A stretch of 30,785 bases of DNA from a bacterium (lineage in GTDB: Bacteria; Zixibacteria; MSB-5A5; GN15; FEB-12). This document shows positions 25,877-30,785 of this stretch, one piece after another (within the stretch, counting starts at the first letter, position 1; each line of letters opens with the position of its first letter). The translations under genes were made by a program, and so were the position numbers. Below the pieces are notes generated by a model that worked only from the letters and a program-made list of their open reading frames with translations, was not told where the DNA came from and ran no database searches. Location: contig JBDRNJ010000007.1 of assembly GCA_043811375.1 (NCBI GenBank), positions 1-30,785 on the forward strand. Reading direction: 5' to 3'.

Positions 25877-28800
25877 TCAGGGGCAGCTCGGAGGGGCCGA
25901 TCCACCCTGGAACAGGTAGGCCACCAGGAAGGTAAGATCACCTACATCAATGCTCTCCAGCGAATCACCATCAACATTGCCCTCTTCAAAACAGGGCGGC
26001 GGGTAGCCGCTCATGAACAGATACGAAACCAGGTAAGTCAGGTCACCTACATCAATGGCTTCAAAGCCGTCACCGTCAACATTGCCCCGTATCGGATCCA
26101 GACAGCAGCCCGAATCGCAAACATCGCCAATGCCGTTGCTGTCGGAATCAATCTGGTCCGGGTTATATATAAAGGGGCAATTGTCTTCATCGCACGTATT
26201 GGCCGGGAAACCCGGGTTGCCATAACCGTCACCATCGGTATCAGTACAGGTATCGCAACTGTCGCCGATGTCATCGTGGTCGGCATCCTCCTGAAGCGGG
26301 TTGGCGGTTGTCGGGCAGTTGTCGCAAACGTCGCCAACACCGTCACCGTCACTATCTTCCTGCCCGGGATTGGCAGAATCAGGGCAGTTATCAGGAGTGC
26401 AGATATTGGCCGGGTAACCGGGATCACCGTAGCCGTCACCGTCGGTATCGGTGCAGGTGTCACAACTATCTCCGAAAGTGTCGCCATCGGCATCGCTCTG
26501 ATCGGGATTGTAAACGGCTGGACAATTATCATCCGCGCAGGTATTGAGGGTGTAACCGGGATCACCATAGCCATCATTGTCCAGATCGGTGCAAACATCA
26601 CAGCTATCGCCGATATTGTCGCTATCAGCATCCTCCTGAGCAGGATTGGCGATTTCAGGGCAGTTATCGCAGACATTGCCGATACCGTCCGAATCAGTAT
26701 CGGCTTGATCCGGGTTGTAATTGGTCGGGCAATTATCGTCCGGACAGTTGTTTTCAGGGTGACCGGGATCACCGAAGCCATCAATGTCGGCGTCAATACA
26801 GATCCATTCTTCCATCAATATGATGGTCACAAAGGCATCATAACCGCCGCCCGGAGTACTCTGGAGCGGATGCAAAACGGGGAAATCATAGGAGTCGGTA
26901 TAGCCCGTCACACAGGCGTTGCGAGCGGTATCCAGCGCTACCCCATACGCATATTCGTAGGCAACTCCGCCCAGGTAAGTGCTGTACACCAGCGAGTCGC
27001 CGTCACCGGCTACATACGTAATAAAGGCATCCCAGTTACCGCCATGGCTGTCATCCCAGGCATTCTGAAGGGGGAAGTCACCCGAAGAAGTGTTGCCGAC
27101 CACGCACACTTCCCCGAACTGATCAATGGCAATGGCTGTGGCCAGATCACCACCACTGCCACCCAGGTAAGTGCTGTACACCAGGGTGTCACCGGCACTG
27201 TTGAATTTGGCTACATAAGCGTCGAAGACACCGCCAAAAATGCTGTCGTAAGCATTTAACAGCGGGAAGGTGCCACCACTGGCATAGCCCGCCGCATAGG
27301 CACACTGCTGGCTGTCAACAGCGACAGCCAGACCGGCATCCTCTTTGTCTCCTCCCAGGAACGTGCTGTACACCAGAGACTCACCGGCAGCGTCAAAACG
27401 GGTGATAAAGGCATCGCCCATGACCGTCCCCCCGTTGTAGGAGTCGTCATAAGCGTTCACCGTAGGGAAGTTACTCGATACCGTGTAACCGACAACATAA
27501 GCATTTTTGGCGGTATCAACGGCAATCCCGACACCGGCATCACTGTTGCCACCACCAAGATAGGAGCTGAATTCAAGACTGTCGCCGTCCGGACTGAATT
27601 TGGCGACAAAAGCGTCTGCCACGCCATCCAGCACATCGTCATAAGCGGTCGGACTGAGGTTGAAATCGGATGAAGAAGTTTTGCCCGTGAGATAGGCACC
27701 GCTGTCGGAATCGATCGCGATCCCCGATCCGACATCATTGCCGGATCCACCGAGGTAGCTCCCGTAAAGCAGTGTGTCCCCGGTCGCCGTCAGCTTGCAC
27801 ACAAAGGCATCGGTGCCGCCGGCATTGGTTGCCTGGGCGGCACTAATAACCGGGAAATCCGTCGAGGAAGTAGAGCCACCGACATAGACATTACCGTGAG
27901 AGTCTGTCGCTATGGAATAGCCCCGGTCATCACCGGTGCTGCCGCCGAGATAGGTGCTGAAAATAATGGAATCTCCACGCGCGGCCACCCTGGTGACGAA
28001 AACATCATACCCGGACGAACCGCCACCATCATAGATGCTGTCGTAAGCATTCTTGACAGGGAAATCCGATGACGTCAAGTACCCCGCTATGCACATATTG
28101 CCGTCGCTATCGACCGCCATACTCCGGGCGTATTCGCTGCCGCTACCGCCCAGAAAGGAGCTGAAGTCCAAATACGGGTCGATTACCAGCGGCAGGGAGG
28201 AATCATATTCCGTCCCCAGTGAAAAACCGAATGAATTGCCGCTTTGAAGCTGAAAATCGCTATGAACCGGCAAGCGACGACCATCCCTGAGTTGAAATAC
28301 GATCGGTCGACGTTCGATCACCGTTCCGAAATCGGTTTCGACAGCCAACTCGCCGTTACCGGTCACCGCCAGACTTTTAATACCCCGGTACTGAATCCGT
28401 ATCCTGCTCACATCAGCGCCCGGAGCTACAAGGAAATCATACTCCAACCCGCCGTGATCGGTATAATAGCGCAGATCAATCCCCGGATAAAGGTCGTTGT
28501 AAACTACCTCGCGGTAGGCCGGCACCCGGGTACACCAATGTTGGGGGTCTTCACCAATGAAGTAATTGGTGGTCGTCGAAGATAACCGGTCGCCCACGAT
28601 ATACGGGTGACTCTCCGCACCCACAAACGAGGTCCACAGCACTCGATACTCAAGACTGTCGGGCCTGTCCTCAATGTGCCCGATAGTCCCGGCCGGGTTG
28701 TTTTCAGCGGCCGATCCCGCCACACGCCGTACCAACTGGTGATAGACTCCGCTCTCGGTCAACCAGACGGTAGCCCCGCCCAAATCAGCCCGAAACAAAA

Positions 28801-29020
28801 CCCGCGGGTCATACTGACCCTGATTTTCAACAAAAAGGGGCTGAAATCCGCCCGGTGTGATACTGCTCGGTTTAGGCTGATCGCTGTTTCCCCTTGAAAC
28901 ATCCGCCCTGTTATTGATGGCGGCGGCGTAACTCCCTGAGACCGTGAAACATGACAGCAACGAGATAGCTAAAACCAATGCAAGAATTCGTATAAGGAGA
29001 GAGCGCAATGGCTGCTTCAC
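25877..29020 (-). CDS. Secreted SBBP beta-propeller repeat protein with thrombospondin type-3 repeats and a dockerin-like C-terminus
   Basis: Signal peptide; FVENQGQ..LYPGIDL..LEYDFLV..LVIDP N-terminal domain; repeated YSTYLGG..D....IAVD..G.T.S.DFP; DNCP..NPDQ.D.D.DG.GD.CD repeats. GTG at 29020 with SD GGAG. Confidence 0.88.
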   Translation of the reverse strand: MKQPLRSLLIRILALVLAISLLSCFTVSGSYAAAINNRADVSRGNSDQPKPSSITPGGFQPLFVENQGQYDPRVLFRADLGGATVWLTESGVYHQLVRRVAGSAAENNPAGTIGHIEDRPDSLEYRVLWTSFVGAESHPYIVGDRLSSTTTNYFIGEDPQHWCTRVPAYREVVYNDLYPGIDLRYYTDHGGLEYDFLVAPGADVSRIRIQYRGIKSLAVTGNGELAVETDFGTVIERRPIVFQLRDGRRLPVHSDFQLQSGNSFGFSLGTEYDSSLPLVIDPYLDFSSFLGGSGSEYARSMAVDSDGNMCIAGYLTSSDFPVKNAYDSIYDGGGSSGYDVFVTRVAARGDSIIFSTYLGGSTGDDRGYSIATDSHGNVYVGGSTSSTDFPVISAAQATNAGGTDAFVCKLTATGDTLLYGSYLGGSGNDVGSGIAIDSDSGAYLTGKTSSSDFNLSPTAYDDVLDGVADAFVAKFSPDGDSLEFSSYLGGGNSDAGVGIAVDTAKNAYVVGYTVSSNFPTVNAYDDSYNGGTVMGDAFITRFDAAGESLVYSTFLGGDKEDAGLAVAVDSQQCAYAAGYASGGTFPLLNAYDSIFGGVFDAYVAKFNSAGDTLVYSTYLGGSGGDLATAIAIDQFGEVCVVGNTSSGDFPLQNAWDDSHGGNWDAFITYVAGDGDSLVYSTYLGGVAYEYAYGVALDTARNACVTGYTDSYDFPVLHPLQSTPGGGYDAFVTIILMEEWICIDADIDGFGDPGHPENNCPDDNCPTNYNPDQADTDSDGIGNVCDNCPEIANPAQEDADSDNIGDSCDVCTDLDNDGYGDPGYTLNTCADDNCPAVYNPDQSDADGDTFGDSCDTCTDTDGDGYGDPGYPANICTPDNCPDSANPGQEDSDGDGVGDVCDNCPTTANPLQEDADHDDIGDSCDTCTDTDGDGYGNPGFPANTCDEDNCPFIYNPDQIDSDSNGIGDVCDSGCCLDPIRGNVDGDGFEAIDVGDLTYLVSYLFMSGYPPPCFEEGNVDGDSLESIDVGDLTFLVAYLFQGGSAPPSCP
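26113..26800 (-). repeat. Intragenic TSP3-like Ca-binding repeats
   Basis: Repeated DNCP/NPDQ units alternating with 'CTDxDxDGYGDPGxxxNxC' units. Confidence 0.8.
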
Positions 29021-29268
29021 CTGTTTCTCCGAACCATATGGTGCTGTATCGTCAAGCAAATCCTTGGATGACATAATAATTAACACGCTAACCGGTTATT
29101 TGTCAAGCGCAAATTCGTCCGATAAGCGTTCTTTATAGGATATAATTTCGACAGATCGGCCAAAAACCCTTACCAAACGGGCCAAAAAAGTGCGCCAGCG
29201 GCCCTACCGGGCTATGATTCTTGTTTTGTTGGTGTTGAAACAATCCAGGAAGGTATGAAGTACCCTCC

Positions 29269-30321
29269 TCATGGTATCAGTTGGCAGGTGGCGCGGGTGT
29301 AGCTCCACATCGTATCCAACTGCACGATTCCGGTCATTTCCATTTGCTGCATATCAATTAGGACAAGGTAATCTGTCCGTGTGGTTCCCACTCCCAATCT
29401 ACCATCCGGCGTCAGGCACAAATCATATACATGATAGTCAAGGTAATGCGGGGTACCGGGTACATCTGTTACAGATGTGCTGATGATCTTGTGTAGTTGA
29501 TTTTGCCAAACATCATACACACGGATCGCCAGCGGAGACGGGTTCACACTATACGGGTTCCCCCGATGAGTGATCAACAAATATCGACCGTTGGGCGTCA
29601 ACTCCGAATCCTCCCAGCCATCAGGAATTGTGTCAGTGAACAGAACAGAGTCAGCACCAACATCATAGATCTTCAGCACCGGGTATATTGTGGCCCAGAA
29701 TTGCATCAGCAGCTTTTGCTCATCGTTGGTGGGAATAACTAATTGCACTATTTCACCCGGAAATGCCTTCCATGAAGATGTACTATCTTTCACATTAATT
29801 TTCACAACGAAAGAAGTGTCACCGTATGGATGACAACAGTAAAAGTTCCTGCTGTCAGCAGAAAACTGGCCATTGACAAGTCGTGTGGTATCATGGTAAG
29901 CTACTGAGAAATCAGCCGTATTGAGGATATATAATTCTTCACTTTGTATAGCCACCAATTGGTTGTCGGGGGAAGCAACCACTCCGCTTCGACCGTCATA
30001 AGGCAACTCCATTACGGTAGTATACGAATCCAGTTCTATTACCGCTGTTGTCTGTGATCCGAAGTACATCAGCCTGCCGTCAGCCGATAGGCTCGGAGGT
30101 GCCGAAGCTACGTAGGGTGTATGAAATGAATCGATCGTACCGGTGCCGGTGTTATACGTTGTCACCGTGGGCCATGGATAGTCCCATGACACATATACAA
30201 CATAGTCCTTCGGTATGACAGGACCCGTTATGTAACGATTATCATCATCGCAGCCAATCAACCATACGCATAGTATGACCGCCCCTGTGAACATCATCAA
30301 CAGAATCCTGGGCCATAGCAT
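29269..30321 (-). CDS. Beta-propeller lipoprotein (YncE-like), function unknown
   Basis: Lipobox LIGC; SADGR/SPDNQ/SADSR/TPNGR/TPDGR blade turns; SD TAAGGAGG. Confidence 0.75.
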   Translation of the reverse strand: MLWPRILLMMFTGAVILCVWLIGCDDDNRYITGPVIPKDYVVYVSWDYPWPTVTTYNTGTGTIDSFHTPYVASAPPSLSADGRLMYFGSQTTAVIELDSYTTVMELPYDGRSGVVASPDNQLVAIQSEELYILNTADFSVAYHDTTRLVNGQFSADSRNFYCCHPYGDTSFVVKINVKDSTSSWKAFPGEIVQLVIPTNDEQKLLMQFWATIYPVLKIYDVGADSVLFTDTIPDGWEDSELTPNGRYLLITHRGNPYSVNPSPLAIRVYDVWQNQLHKIISTSVTDVPGTPHYLDYHVYDLCLTPDGRLGVGTTRTDYLVLIDMQQMEMTGIVQLDTMWSYTRATCQLIP

Positions 30322-30371
30322 CCCTCCTTACTCTTATTGCTTTAATTTGAGCCATAAGCTTACAATAAGCC

Positions 30372-30412
30372 TCCTGTACATCAATGTGACGTACAGGACG
30401 GGAATTTGTCAA
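30372..30412 (-). promoter_or_regulatory. Candidate promoter with an inverted-repeat operator
   Basis: TTGACA at 30412-30407. TCCTGTAC-N11-GTACAGGA at 30372-30398 covers the -10 region. Confidence 0.42.
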
Positions 30413-30466
30413 GTTCTTTTTTGTGATTTCCCCCGGACCGGCAGCCCGGGGGAGAGGCCACACCCT

Positions 30467-30785
30467 CTACGGGCAGTTGAGGTCGGGGCCGCCGTTGAAG
30501 AGGTACTGCACCAGGTACATGATGTCACCCACGTCCAGCACCCCGCCGGAACCGTCCACGTCGGCCGCAGCCATCACCGGCGGCGGCGGACCACCCTGGA
30601 ATATATACTGCACCAAGTACATCAGGTCACCCACATCGGGGCCGAGATCGTCACCGTTGACGTCGCCGCAAATATAACTGCCGCCGACCGTCAACTGCGC
30701 CGACACTATAACCGGATTGTCGGCCGGATCGGGATCGTTGCTGCCCACGACAATGTTGGCATCGTACACACCGGTGTCCAGACCG
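30467..30785 (-). CDS. C-terminal part of a dockerin-like-domain surface protein (5' end outside the window)
   Basis: SNDP Ig-like strand, then CGDVNGDD..DVGDLMYLVQYIFQGGPPP..ADVDGSG..DVGDIMYLVQYLF. Confidence 0.82.
   Translation of the reverse strand, partial: GLDTGVYDANIVVGSNDPDPADNPVIVSAQLTVGGSYICGDVNGDDLGPDVGDLMYLVQYIFQGGPPPPVMAAADVDGSGGVLDVGDIMYLVQYLFNGGPDLNCP

Noticed and set aside
26047..27259. Repetitive 249-aa and 327-aa ORFs, and a possible CRISPR-like periodicity
   Set aside because: Alternate-frame and antisense products of the TSP3/SBBP coding repeats. The repeats are degenerate at third codon positions and have no repeat-spacer structure.
30430..30453. GC-rich hairpin as an intrinsic terminator of the last gene
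   Set aside because: On the coding (minus) strand it is followed by an A-rich tract rather than a U tract.

Overview
Bacterial window of about 55% GC. Four proteins end in a C-terminal 'GDVN/GNVD...[13 protein letters not shown].GG.PP' dockerin-like module, a style I associate with Ca. Zixibacteria (inference). From left to right: the left end of an IS3-like element interrupts a FlgD/dockerin surface-protein gene, followed by a truncated, degenerate orphan 5S rRNA. Next is a minus-strand operon: P-loop ATPase, 2-oxoacid:ferredoxin oxidoreductase delta/alpha/beta/gamma, a NuoE/F/G-like (HydCBA/Bfu-type) flavin module and a 4Fe-4S protein, with a Rex-like box upstream. Then come a lipoprotein, a citryl-CoA lyase-like gene, an AT-rich lone UvrD helicase, two GT-C glycosyltransferases flanking a methyltransferase, a C1 cysteine peptidase, and a 5'-truncated methyltransferase paralog. 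A compact sulfur-relay locus follows: Xis-HTH/Cys-rich/receiver regulator, TusE/DsrC-like, DsrM, DsrK, and a tandem two-domain DsrC-like protein. The window ends with a divergent EF-G paralog, an SBBP/TSP3/dockerin protein, a beta-propeller lipoprotein and a partial dockerin protein. The best candidate for an undescribed system is the DsrMK locus: there is no dsrAB in the window, the two canonical DsrC cysteines are split between different proteins, and the regulator has 9-bp tandem repeats over its own promoter. All family calls come from motif recognition; no database searches were run.
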